Assembly: GCA_964057225.1 (NCBI GenBank)
Contig: OZ059897.1
Span: 2,666,001 to 2,730,000 of the forward strand
Length of the DNA: 64,000 nt
Source: Auanema rhodensis
Taxonomy: Eukaryota; Animalia; Nematoda
Direction: 5' to 3'
Part shown: positions 40,501 to 54,800 of the stretch, in pieces
Layout: every line of letters starts with the position of its first letter
How positions within the stretch are numbered: the first letter of the stretch is position 1
The notes under the pieces: generated by a model
Databases searched by the model: none
What the model saw: the letters and a program-made list of their open reading frames with translations, nothing else
What the model was told of the DNA's origin: nothing
Program-made: the position numbers and the translations under genes

Positions 40501-43500
40501 AGATATCAACTGATATATGTTCACACTTATATCCTCGATTTTCACCCTGAAGAAATGATTTTTTCGTTGAATAACATTGTCCATCGTCTTCGTCTTGAAA
40601 AAAGGAATCTAAAAACATCTACTTTTTGTGAAATTATTTAGAAATTTTTCGGGAAAATTTTTGTCAAAATGTTTTTGGAAGCAATGTTGAGTGTACATGG
40701 GAACTCAGCATACACTAATGCATTATTTTTCAAACGATCATAACTAATTTTTGTATAGAGCGTTTCTCAATGTAGTATAGTGCATTCGATGCGGATTTTT
40801 AAGCTGCGTCGATCTGTGTTATCAGATTTGAGGTAGCTTAAAAATGCTCCGAGATATCAACTTATATAAGTTCACACTTATATCCTCGATTTTCACCCTG
40901 AAGAATTAATTTTTTCGTTGAATAACATTGTCCATCGTCTTCGTCTTGAAAAAAGGAATCTAAAAACATCTACTTTTTGTGAAATTATTTAGAAATTTTT
41001 CGGGAAAATTTTTGTCAAAATGTTTTTGGAAGCAATGTTGAGTGTACATGGGAACTCAGCATACACTAATGCATTATTTTTCAAACGATCATAACTAATT
41101 TTTGTATAGAGCGTTTCTTAATGTAGTATAGTGCATTCGATGCGGATTTTTAAGCTGCGTCGATCTGTGTTATCAGATTTGAGGTAGCTTAAAAATGCAC
41201 CGAGATATCAACTGATATATGTTCACACTTATATCCTCAATTTTCACCCTGAAGAAATGATTTTTTCGTTGAATAACATTGTCCATCGTCTTAGTCTTGA
41301 AAAAAGGAATCTAAAAACATCTACTTTTTGTGAAATTATTTAGAAATTTTTCGGGAAAATTTTTGTCAAAATGTTTTTGGAAGCAATGTTGAGTGCACAT
41401 GGGAACTCAACATACACTAATGCATTATTTTTCAAACGATCATAACTAATTTTTGTATAGAGCGTTTCTCAATGTCGTATAGTGCATTCGATGCGAATTT
41501 TTAAGCTGCGTCGATCTGTGTTATCAGATTTGAGGTAGCTTAAAAATGCTCCGAGATATCAACTTATATAAGTTCACACTTATATCCTCGATTTTCACCC
41601 TGAAGAATTAATTTTTTCGTTGAATAACATTGTCCATCGTCTTCGTCTTGAAAAAAGGAATCTAAAAACATCTACTTTTTGTGAAATTATTTAGAAATTT
41701 TTCGGGAAAATTTTTGTCAAAATGTTTTTGGAAGCAATGTTGAGTGTACATGGGAACTCAACATACACTAATGCATTATTTTTGAAACGATCATAACTAA
41801 TTTTTGTATAGAGCGTTTCTTAATGTAGTATAGTGCATTCGATGCGGATTTTTAAGCTGCGTCGATCTGTGTTATCAGATTTGAGGTAGCTTAAAAATGC
41901 TCCGAGATATCAACTTATATAAGTTCACACTTATATCCTCGATTTTCACCCTGAAGAATTAATTTTTTCGTTGAATAACATTGTCCATCGTCTTCGTCTT
42001 GAAAAAAGGAATCTAAAAACATCTACTTTTTGTGAAATTATTTAGAAATTTTTCGGGAAAATTTTTGTCAAAATGTTTTTGGAAGCAATGTTGAGTGTAC
42101 ATGGGAACTCAACATACACTAATGCATTATTTTTGAAACGATCATAACTAATTTTTGTATAGAGCGTTTCTTAATGTAGTATAGTGCATTCGATGCGGAT
42201 TTTTAAGCTGCGTCGATCTGTGTTATCAGATTTGAGGTAGCTTAAAAATGCACCGAGATATCAACTGATATATGTTCACACTTATATCCTCAATTTTCAC
42301 CCTGAAGAAATGATTTTTTCGTTGAATAACATTGTCCATCGTCTTAGTCTTGAAAAAAGGAATCTAAAAACATCTACTTTTTGTGAAATTATTTAGAAAT
42401 TTTTCGGGAAAATTTTTGTCAAAATGTTTTTGGAAGCAATGTTGAGTGCACATGGGAACTCAACATACACTAATGCATTATTTTTCAAACGATCATAACT
42501 AATTTTTGTATAGAGCGTTTCTCAATGTAGTATAGTGCATTCGATGCGGATTTTTAAGCTGCGTCGATCTGTGTTATCAGATTTGAGGTAGCTTAAAAAT
42601 GCTCCGAGATATCAACTTATATAAGTTCACACTTATATCCTCGATTTTCACCCTGAAGAATTAATTTTTTCGTTGAATAACATTGTCCATCGTCTTCGTC
42701 TTGAAAAAAGGAATCTAAAAACATCTACTTTTTGTGAAATTATTTAGAAATTTTTCGGGAAAATTTTTGTCAAAATGTTTTTGGAAGCAATGTTGAGTGT
42801 ACATGGGAACTCAACATACACTAATGCATTATTTTTGAAACGATCATAACTAATTTTTGTATAGAGCGTTTCTTAATGTAGTATAGTGCATTCGATGCGG
42901 ATTTTTAAGCTGCGTCGATCTGTGTTATCAGATTTGAGGTAGCTTAAAAATGCACCGAGATATCAACTGATATATGTTCACACTTATATCCTCAATTTTC
43001 ACCCTGAAGAAATGATTTTTTCGTTGAATAACATTGTCCATCGTCTTAGTCTTGAAAAAAGGAATCTAAAAACATCTACTTTTTGTGAAATTATTTAGAA
43101 ATTTTTCGGGAAAATTTTTGTCAAAATGTTTTTGGAAGCAATGTTGAGTGCACATGGGAACTCAACATACACTAATGCATTATTTTTCAAACGATCATAA
43201 CTAATTTTTGTATAGAGCGTTTCTCAATGTCGTATAGTGCATTCGATGCGAATTTTTAAGCTGCGTTGATCTGTGTTATCAGATTTGAGTTAGCTTAAAA
43301 ATGCACCGAGATATCAACTGATATATGTTCACACTTATATCCTCGATTTTCACCCTGAAGAAATGATTTTTTCGTTGAATAACATTGTCCATCGTCTTCG
43401 TCTTGAAAAAAGGAATCTAAAAACATCTACTTTTTGTGAAATTATTTAGAAATTTTTCGGGAAAATTTTTGTCAAAATGTTTTTGGAAGCAATGTTGAGT

Positions 43501-46070
43501 GTACATGGGAACTCAGCATACACTAATGCATTATTTTTCAAACGATCATAACTAATTTTTGTATAGAGCGTTTCTCAATGTAGTATAGTGCATTCGATGC
43601 GGATTTTTAAGCTGCGTCGATCTGTGTTATCAGATTTGAGGTAGCTTAAAAATGCTCCGAGATATCAACTTATATAAGTTCACACTTATATCCTCGATTT
43701 TCACCCTGAAGAATTAATTTTTTCGTTGAATAACATTGTCCATCGTCTTCGCCTTGAAAAAAGGAATCTAAAAACATCTACTTTTTGTGAAATTATTTAG
43801 AAATTTTTCGGGAAAATTTTTGTCAAAATGTTTTTGGAAGCAATGTTGAGTGTACATGGGAACTCAGCATACACTAATGCATTATTTTTCAAACGATCAT
43901 AACTAATTTTTGTATAGAGCGTTTCTCAATGTAGTATAGTGCATTCGATGCGAATTTTTAAGCTGCGTTGATCTGTGTTATCTGATTTGAGTTAACTTTA
44001 AAATGCACCGTGATATCAACTGATATATGTTCACACTTATATCCTCAATTTTCACCCTGAAGAAATGATTTTTTCGTTGAAAAACATTGTCCATCGTCTT
44101 CGTCTTGAAAAAAGGAATCTAAAAACATCTACTTTTTGTGAAATTATTTAGAAATTTTTCGGGAAAATTTTTGTCAAAATGTTTTTGGAAGCAATGTTGA
44201 GTGCACATGGGAACTCAACATACACTAATGCATTATTTTTCAAACGATCATAACTAATTTTTGTATAGAGCGTTTCTCAATGTCGTATAGTGCATTCGAT
44301 GCGAATTTTTAAGCTGCGTTGATCTGTGTTATCAGATTTGAGTTAGCTTAAAAATGCACCGAGATATCAACTGATATATGTTCACACTTATATCCTCGAT
44401 TTTCACCCTGAAGAAATGATTTTTTCGTTGAAAAACATTGTCCATCGTCTTCGTCTTGAAAAAAGGAATCTAAAAACATCTACTTTTTGTGAAATTATTC
44501 AGAAATTTTTCGGGAAAATTTTTGTCAAAATGTTTTTGGAAGCAATGTTGAGTGTACATGGGAACTCAACATACACTAATGCATTATTTTTCAAACGATC
44601 ATAACTAATTTTTGTATGGAGCGTTTCTCAATGTAGTATAGTGCATTCGATGCGGATTTTTAAGCTGCGTTGATCTGTGTTATCAGATTTGAGTTAGCTT
44701 AAAAATGCACCGAGATATCAACTGATATATGTTCACACTTATATCCTCGATTTTCACCCTGAAGAAATGATTTTTTCGTTGAATAACATTGTCCATCGTC
44801 TTAGTCTTGAAAAAAGGAATCTAAAAACATCTACTTTTTGTGAAATTATTTAGAAATTTTTCGGGAAAATTTTTGTCAAAATGTTTTTGGAAGCAATGTT
44901 GAGTGTACATGGGAACTCAGCATACACTAATGCATTATTTTTCAAACGATCATAACTAATTTTTGTATAGAGCGTTTCTCAATGTAGTATAGTGCATTCG
45001 ATGCGGATTTTTAAGCTGCGTTGATCTGTGTTATCAGATTTGAGTTAACTTAAAAATGCACCGAGATATCAACTGATATATGTTCACACTTATATCCTCG
45101 ATTTTCACCCTGAAGAAATGATTTTTTCGTTGAATAACATAGTCCATCGTCTTCGTCTTGAAAAAAGGAATCTAAAAACATCTACTTTTTGTGAAATTAT
45201 TTAGAAATTTTTCGGGAAAATTTTTGTCAAAATGTTTTTGGAAGCAATGTTGAGTGTACATGGGAACTCAGCATACACTAATGCATTATTTTTCAAACGA
45301 TCATAACTAATTTTTGTATAGAGCGTTTCTCAATGTAGTATAGTGCTGTCGATGCGGACTTTTAAGCTGCGTTGATCTGTGTTATCAGATTTGAGTTAGC
45401 TTAAAAATGCACCGAGATATCAACTGATATATGTTCACGCTTATATCCTCGATTTTCACACTGAAGAAATGATTTTTTCGTTGAATAACATTGTCCATCG
45501 TCTTCGTCTTGAAAAAAGGAATCTAAAAACATCTACTTTTTGTGAAATTATTTGGAAATTTTTCGGGAAAATTTTTGTCAAAATGTTTTTGGAAGCAATG
45601 TTGACTGTACATGGGAACTCAACATACACTAATGCATTATTTTTCAAACGATCATAACTAATTTTTGTATAGAGCGTTTCTCAATGTAGTATAGTGCATT
45701 CGATGCGGATTTTTAAGCTGCGTTGATCTGTGTTATCAGATTTGAGTTAACTTAAAAATGCACCGAGATATCAACTGATATATGTTCACACTTATATCCT
45801 CGATTTTCACCCTGAAGAAATGATTTTTTCGTTGAAAAACATTGTCCATCGTATTCGTCTTGAAAAAAGGAATCTAAAAACATCTACTTTTTGTGAAATT
45901 ATTCAGAAATTTTTCGGGAAAATTTTTGTCAAAATGTTTTTGGAAGCAATGTTGAGTGTACATGGGAACTCAGCATACACTAATGCATTATTTTTCAAAC
46001 GATCATAACTAATTTTTGTATAGAGCGTTTCTCAATGTAGTATAGTGCATTCGATGCGGATTTTTAAGCT
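31590..46070. repeat. ~10-monomer block (about 31590-35190) repeated at about 42470-46070 (offset 10881 bp = 31 monomers)
   Basis: ORFs 33535->44416, 34588->45469, 34939->45820; markers AACTTTAAAATGCACCGTG, AACATAGTCC and GCGGACTTT share the same offset. Confidence 0.85.
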
Positions 46071-48650
46071 GCGTCGATCTGTGTTATCAGATTTGAGGTA
46101 GCTTAAAAATGCACCGAGATATCAACTGATATATGTTCACACTTATATCCTCGATTTTCACCCTGAAGAAATGATTTTTTCGTTGAATAACATTGTCCAT
46201 CGTCTTCGTCTTGAAAAAAGGAATCTAAAAACATCTACTTTTTGTGAAATTATTCAGAAATTTTTCGGGAAAATTTTTGTCAAAATGTTTTTGGAAGCAA
46301 TGTTGAGTGTACATGGGAACTCAACATACACTAATGCATTATTTTTGAAACGATCATAACTAATTTTTGTATAGAGCGTTTCTTAATGTAGTATAATGCA
46401 TTCGATGCGGATTTTTAAGCTGCGTCGATCTGTGTTATCAGATTTGAGGTAGCTTAAAAATGCACCGAGATATCAACTGATATATGTTCACACTTATATC
46501 CTCAATTTTCACCCTGAAGAAATGATTTTTTCGTTGAATAACATTGTCCATCGTCTTAGTCTTGAAAAAAGGAATCTAAAAACATCTACTTTTTGTGAAA
46601 TTATTTAGAAATTTTTCGGGAAAATTTTTGTCAAAATGTTTTTGGAAGCAATGTTGAGTGCACATGGGAACTCAACATACACTAATGCATTATTTTTCAA
46701 ACGATCATAACTAATTTTTGTATAGAGCGTTTCTCAATGTCGTATAGTGCATTCGATGCGAATTTTTAAGCTGCGTTGATCTGTGTTATCAGATTTGAGT
46801 TAGCTTAAAAATGCACCGAGATATCAACTGATATATGTTCACACTTATATCCTCGATTTTCACCCTGAAGAAATGATTTTTTCGTTGAATAACATTGTCC
46901 ATCGTCTTAGTCTTGAAAAAAGGAATCTAAAAACATCTACTTTTTGTGAAATTATTTAGAAATTTTTCGGGAAAATTTTTGTCAAAATGTTTTTGGAAGC
47001 AATGTTGAGTGTACATGGGAACTCAGCATACACTAATGCATTATTTTTCAAACGATCATAACTAATTTTTGTATAGAGCGTTTCTCAATGTAGTATAGTG
47101 CATTCGATGCGGATTTTTAAGCTGCGTTGATCTGTGTTATCAGATTTGAGTTAACTTAAAAATGCACCGAGATATCAACTGATATATGTTCACACTTATA
47201 TCCTCGATTTTCACCCTGAAGAAATGATTTTTTCGTTGAATAACATAGTCCATCGTCTTCGTCTTGAAAAAAGGAATCTAAAAACATCTACTTTTTGTGA
47301 AATTATTTAGAAATTTTTCGGGAAAATTTTTGTCAAAATGTTTTTGGAAGCAATGTTGAGTGTACATGGGAACTCAGCATACACTAATGCATTATTTTTC
47401 AAACGATCATAACTAATTTTTGTATAGAGCGTTTCTCAATGTAGTATAGTGCTGTCGATGCGGACTTTTAAGCTGCGTTGATCTGTGTTATCAGATTTGA
47501 GTTAGCTTAAAAATGCACCGAGATATCAACTGATATATGTTCACGCTTATATCCTCGATTTTCACACTGAAGAAATGATTTTTTCGTTGAATAACATTGT
47601 CCATCGTCTTCGTCTTGAAAAAAGGAATCTAAAAACATCTACTTTTTGTGAAATTATTTGGAAATTTTTCGGGAAAATTTTTGTCAAAATGTTTTTGGAA
47701 GCAATGTTGACTGTACATGGGAACTCAACATACACTAATGCATTATTTTTCAAACGATCATAACTAATTTTTGTATAGAGCGTTTCTCAATGTAGTATAG
47801 TGCATTCGATGCGGATTTTTAAGCTGCGTTGATCTGTGTTATCAGATTTGAGTTAACTTAAAAATGCACCGAGATATCAACTGATATATGTTCACACTTA
47901 TATCCTCGATTTTCACCCTGAAGAAATGATTTTTTCGTTGAAAAACATTGTCCATCGTATTCGTCTTGAAAAAAGGAATCTAAAAACATCTACTTTTTGT
48001 GAAATTATTCAGAAATTTTTCGGGAAAATTTTTGTCAAAATGTTTTTGGAAGCAATGTTGAGTGTACATGGGAACTCAACATACACTAATGCATTATTTT
48101 TGAAACGATCATAACTAATTTTTGTATAGAGCGTTTCTTAATGTAGTATAATGCATTCGATGCGGATTTTTAAGCTGCGTCGATCTGTGTTATCAGATTT
48201 GAGGTAGCTTAAAAATGCACCGAGATATCAACTGATATATGTTCACACTTATATCCTCAATTTTCACCCTGAAGAAATGATTTTTTCGTTGAATAACATT
48301 GTCCATCGTCTTAGTCTTGAAAAAAGGAATCTAAAAACATCTACTTTTTGTGAAATTATTTAGAAATTTTTCGGGAAAATTTTTGTCAAAATGTTTTTGG
48401 AAGCAATGTTGAGTGCACATGGGAACTCAACATACACTAATGCATTATTTTTCAAACGATCATAACTAATTTTTGTATAGAGCGTTTCTCAATGTCGTAT
48501 AGTGCATTCGATGCGAATTTTTAAGCTGCGTTGATCTGTGTTATCAGATTTGAGTTAGCTTAAAAATGCACCGAGATATCAACTGATATATGTTCACACT
48601 TATATCCTCGATTTTCACCCTGAAGAAATGATTTTTTCGTTGAATAACAT
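44690..48650. repeat. 6-mer unit followed by a 5-mer derivative with a fused monomer
   Basis: GCGGACTTT and ORFs 45469->47575 are 2106 bp apart, whereas downstream TATAATGC (near 46392 and 48147) is 1755 bp apart. Confidence 0.78.
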
Positions 48651-48869
48651 TGTCCATCGTCTTCGTCTTGAAAAAAGGAATCTAAAAACATCTACTTTTT
48701 TTGAAATTATTTAGAAATTTTTCGGGAAAATTTTTGTCAAAATGTTTTTGGAAGCAATGTTGAGTGTACATGGGAACTCAGCATACACTAATGCATTATT
48801 TTTCAAACGATCATAACTAATTTTTGTATAGAGCGTTTCTCAATGTAGTATAGTGCATTCGATGCGGAT

Positions 48870-51800
48870 TTTTAAGCTGCGTCGATCTGTGTTATCAGAT
48901 TTGAGGTAGCTTAAAAATGCACCGAGATATCAACTGATATATGTTCACACTTATATCCTCGATTTTCACCCTGAAGAAATGATTTTTTCGTTGAATAACA
49001 TTGTCCATCGTCTTCGTCTTGAAAAAAGGAATCTAAAAACATCTACTTTCTGTGAAATTATTTAGAAATTTTTCGGGAAAATTTTTGTCAAAATGTTTTT
49101 GGAAGCAATGTTGAGTGTACATGGGAACTCAGCATACACTAATGCATTATTTTTGAAACGATCATAACTAATTTTTGTATAGAGCGTTTCTTAATGTAGT
49201 ATAGTGCATTCGATGCGGATTTTTAAGCTGCGTCGATCTGTGTTATCAGATTTGAGGTAGCTTAAAAATGCTCCGAGATATCAACTTATATAAGTTCACA
49301 CTTATATCCTCGATTTTCACCCTGAAGAATTAATTTTTTCGTTGAATAACATTGTCCATCGTCTTCGTCTTGAAAAAAGGAATCTAAAAACATCTACTTT
49401 TTGTGAAATTATTTAGAAATTTTTCGGGAAAATTTTTGTCAAAATGTTTTTGGAAGCAATGTTGAGTGTACATGGGAACTCAGCATACACTAATGCATTA
49501 TTTTTCAAACGATCATAACTAATTTTTGTATAGAGCGTTTCTTAATGTAGTATAGTGCATTCGATGCGGATTTTTAAGCTGCGTCGATCTGTGTTATCAG
49601 ATTTGAGTTAGCTTAAAAATGCACCGAGATATCAACTGATATATGTTCACACTTATATCCTCGATTTTCACCCTGAAGAAATGATTTTTTCGTTGAATAA
49701 CATTGTCCATCGTCTTCGTCTTGAAAAAAGGAATCTAAAAACATCTACTTTTTGTGAAATTATTTAGAAATTTTTCGGGAAAATTTTTGTCAAAATGTTT
49801 TTGGAAGCAATGTTGAGTGTACATGGGAACTCAGCATACACTAATGCATTATTTTTCAAACGATCATAACTAATTTTTGTATAGAGCGTTTCTCAATGTA
49901 GTATAGTGCATTCGATGCGGATTTTTAAGCTGCGTCGATCTGTGTTATCAGATTTGAGGTAGCTTAAAAATGCTCCGAGATATCAACTTATATAAGTTCA
50001 CACTTATATCCTCGATTTTCACCCTGAAGAATTAATTTTTTCGTTGAATAACATTGTCCATCGTCTTCGCCTTGAAAAAAGGAATCTAAAAACATCTACT
50101 TTTTGTGAAATTATTTAGAAATTTTTCGGGAAAATTTTTGTCAAAATGTTTTTGGAAGCAATGTTGAGTGTACATGGGAACTCAGCATACACTAATGCAT
50201 TATTTTTCAAACGATCATAACTAATTTTTGTATGGAGCGTTTCTCAATGTAGTATAGTGCATTCGATGCGGATTTTTAAGCTGCGTTGATCTGTGTTATC
50301 TGATTTGAGTTAACTTAAAAATGCACCGAGATATCAACTGATATAGGTTCACACTTATATCCTCGATTTTCACCCTGAAGAAATGATTTTTTCGTTGAAA
50401 AACATTGTCCATCGTCTTCGTCTTGAAAAAAGGAATCTAAAAACATCTACTTTTTGTGAAATTATTCAGAAATTTTTCGGGAAAATTTTTGTCACAATGT
50501 TTTTGGAAGCAATGTTAAGTGTACATGGGAACTCAACACACACTAATGCATTTTTTTTCGAACGATCATAACTAATTTTTGTATAGAGCGTTTCTGAATG
50601 AAGTATAGTGCATTCGATGCGGATTTTTAAACTGCGTCGATCTGTGTTATCCGATTTGAGTTAGCTTAAAAATGCACCGAGATATCAACTGATATAGGTT
50701 CACACTTATATCCTCGATTTTCACCCTGAAGAATTAATTTTTTCGTTGAATAACATTGTCCATGGTCTTCGCCTTGAAAAAAGGAATCTAAAAACATTCA
50801 CTTTTTGTGAAATTATTAAGAAATTTTTCGGGAAAATTTTTGTCAAAATGTTTTTGGAAGCAATGTTGAGTGTACATGGGAACTCAGCATACACTAATGC
50901 ATTATTTTTCAAACGATCATAACTAATTTTTGTATAGAGCGTTTCTCAATGTAGTATAGTGCATTCGATGCGGATTTTTAAGCTGCGTCGATCTGTGTTA
51001 TCAGATTTGAGGTAGCTTAAAAATGCACCGAGATATCAACTGATATATGTTCACACTTATATCCTCAATTTTCACCCTGAAGAAATGATTTTTTCGTTGA
51101 AAAACATTGTCCATCGTATTCGTCTTGAAAAAAGGAATCTAAAAACATCTACTTTTTGTGAAATTATTTAGAAATTTTTCGGGAAAATTTTTGTCAAAAT
51201 GTTTTTGGAAGCAATGTTGAGTGTACATGGGAACTCAACATACACTAATGCATTATTTTTCAAACGATCATAACTAATTTTTGTATGGAGCGTTTCTCAA
51301 TGTAGTATAGTGCATTCGATGCGGATTTTTAAGCTGCGTTGATCTGTGTTATCAGATTTGAGTTAGCTTAAAAATGCACCGAGATATCAGCTGATATATG
51401 TTCACACTTATATCCTCGATTTTCACCCTGAAGAAATGATTTTTTCGTTGAATAACATTGTCCATAGTCTTTGTCTTGAAAAAAGAAATCTAAAAACTCC
51501 TACTTTTTGTGAAATTATTTAGAAATTTTTCGGGAAAATTTTTGTCAAAATGTTTTTGGAAGCAATGTTGAGTGTACATGGGAACTCAACATACACTAAT
51601 GCATTATTTTTCAAACGATCATAACTAATTTTTGTATTGAGCGTTTCTCAATGTAGTATAGTGCTGTCGATGCGGATTTTTAAGCTGCGTTGATCTGTGT
51701 TATCAGATTTGAGTTAGCTTAAAAATGCACCGAGATATCAACTGATATAGGTTCACACTTATATCCTCGATTTTCACCCTGAAGAAATGATTTTTTCGTT

Positions 51801-54800
51801 GCATAACATTGTCCATCGTCTTCGTCTTGAAAAAAGGAATCTAAAAACATCTACTTTTTGTGAAATTATTTAGAAATTTTTCGGGAAAATTTTTGTCAAA
51901 ATGTTTTTGGAAGCAATGTTGAGTGTACATGGGAACTCAACATACACTAATGCATTATTTTTCGAACGATCATAACTAATTTTTGTATAGAGCGTTTCTC
52001 ATTGTAGTATAGTGCATTCGATGCGGATTTTTAAGCTGCGTTGATCTGTGTTATCAGATTTGAGTTAACTTAAAAATGCACCGAGATATCAACTGATATA
52101 TGTTCACGCTTATATCCTCGATTTTCACACTGAAGAAATGATTTTTTCGTTGAATAACATTGTCCATCGTCTTCGTCTTGAAAAAAGGAATCTAAAAACA
52201 TCTACTTTTTGTGAAATTATTTGGAAATTTTTCGGGAAAATTTTTGTCAAAATGTTTTTGGAAGCAATGTTGACTGTACATGGGAACTCAACATACACTA
52301 ATGCATTATTTTTCAAACGATCATAACTAATTTTTGTATAGAGCGTTTCTCAATGTAGTATAGTGCATTCGATGCGGATTTTTAAGCTGCGTTGATCTGT
52401 GTTATCAGATTTGAGTTAACTTAAAAATGCACCGAGATATCAACTGATATATGTTCACACTTATATCCTCGATTTTCACCCTGAAGAAATGATTTTTTCG
52501 TTGAAAAACATTGTCCATAGTCTTTGTCTTGAAAAAAGAAATCTAAAAACTCCTACTTTTTGTGAAATTATTTAGAAATTTTTCGGGAAAATTTTTGTCA
52601 AAATGTTTTTGGAAGCAATGTTGAGTGTACATGGGAACTCAACATACACTAATGCATTATTTTTCAAACGATCATAACTAATTTTTGTATTGAGCGTTTC
52701 TCAATGTAGTATAGTGCTGTCGATGCGGATTTTTAAGCTGCGTTGATCTGTGTTATCAGATTTGAGTTAGCTTAAAAATGCACCGAGATATCAACTGATA
52801 TAGGTTCACACTTATATCCTCGATTTTCACCCTGAAGAAATGATTTTTTCGTTGCATAACATTGTCCATCGTCTTCGTCTTGAAAAAAGGAATCTAAAAA
52901 CATCTACTTTTTGTGAAATTATTTAGAAATTTTTCGGGAAAATTTTTGTCAAAATGTTTTTGGAAGCAATGTTGAGTGTACATGGGAACTCAACATACAC
53001 TAATGCATTATTTTTCGAACGATCATAACTAATTTTTGTATAGAGCGTTTCTCATTGTAGTATAGTGCATTCGATGCGGATTTTTAAGCTGCGTTGATCT
53101 GTGTTATCAGATTTGAGTTAACTTAAAAATGCACCGAGATATCAACTGATATATGTTCACGCTTATATCCTCGATTTTCACACTGAAGAAATGATTTTTT
53201 CGTTGATTAACATTGTCCATCGTCTTCGTCTTGAAAAAAGGAATCTAAAAACATCTACTTTTTGTGAAATTATTTGGAAATTTTTCGGGAAAATTTTTGT
53301 CAAAATGTTTTTGGAAGCAATGTTGACTGTACATGGGAACTCAACATACACTAATGCATTATTTTTCAAACGATCATAACTAATTTTTGTATAGAGCGTT
53401 TCTCAATGTAGTATAGTGCATTCGATGCGGATTTTTAAGCTGCGTTGATCTGTGTTATCAGATTTGAGTTAACTTAAAAATGCACCGAGATATCAACTGA
53501 TATATGTTCACACTTATATCCTCGATTTTCACCCTGAAGAAATGATTTTTTCGTTGAAAAACATTGTCCATCGTATTCGTCTTGAAAAAAGGAATCTAAA
53601 AACATCTACTTTTTGTGAAATTATTCAGAAATTTTTCGGGAAAATTTTTGTCAAAATGTTTTTGGAAGCAATGTTGAGTGTACATGGGAACTCAACATAC
53701 ACTAATGCATTATTTTTGAAACGATCATAACTAATTTTTGTATAGAGCGTTTCTTAATGTAGTATAATGCATTCGATGCGGATTTTTAAGCTGCGTCGAT
53801 CTGTGTTATCAGATTTGAGGTAGCTTAAAAATGCACCGAGATATCAACTGATATATGTTCACACTTATATCCTCGATTTTCACCCTGAAGAAATGATTTT
53901 TTCGTTGAATAACATTGTCCATCGTCTTAGTCTTGAAAAAAGGAATCTAAAAACATCTACTTTCTGTGAAATTATTTAGAAATTTTTCGGGAAAATTTTT
54001 GTCAAAATGTTTTTGGAAGCAATGTTGAGTGTACATGGGAACTCAGCATACACTAATGCATTATTTTTGAAACGATCATAACTAATTTTTGTATAGAGCG
54101 TTTCTTAATGTAGTATAGTGCATTCGATGCGGATTTTTAAGCTGCGTCGATCTGTGTTATCAGATTTGAGTTAGCTTAAAAATGCACCGAGATATCAACT
54201 GATATATGTTCACACTTATATCCTCGATTTTCACCCTGAAGAATTAATTTTTTCGTTGAATAACATTGTCCATCGTCTTCGTCTTGAAAAAAGGAATCTA
54301 AAAACATCTACTTTTTGTGAAATTATTTAGAAATTTTTCGGGAAAATTTTTGTCAAAATGTTTTTGGAAGCAATGTTGAGTGTACATGGGAACTCAGCAT
54401 ACACTAATGCATTATTTTTCAAACGATCATAACTAATTTTTGTATAGAGCGTTTCTTAATGTAGTATAGTGCATTCGATGCGGATTTTTAAGCTGCGTCG
54501 ATCTGTGTTATCAGATTTGAGTTAGCTTAAAAATGCACCGAGATATCAACTGATATATGTTCACACTTATATCCTCGATTTTCACCCTGAAGAAATGATT
54601 TTTTCGTTGAATAACATTGTCCATCGTCTTCGTCTTGAAAAAAGGAATCTAAAAACATCTACTTTTTGTGAAATTATTTAGAAATTTTTCGGGAAAATTT
54701 TTGTCAAAATGTTTTTGGAAGCAATGTTGAGTGTACATGGGAACTCAGCATACACTAATGCATTATTTTTCAAACGATCATAACTAATTTTTGTATAGAG

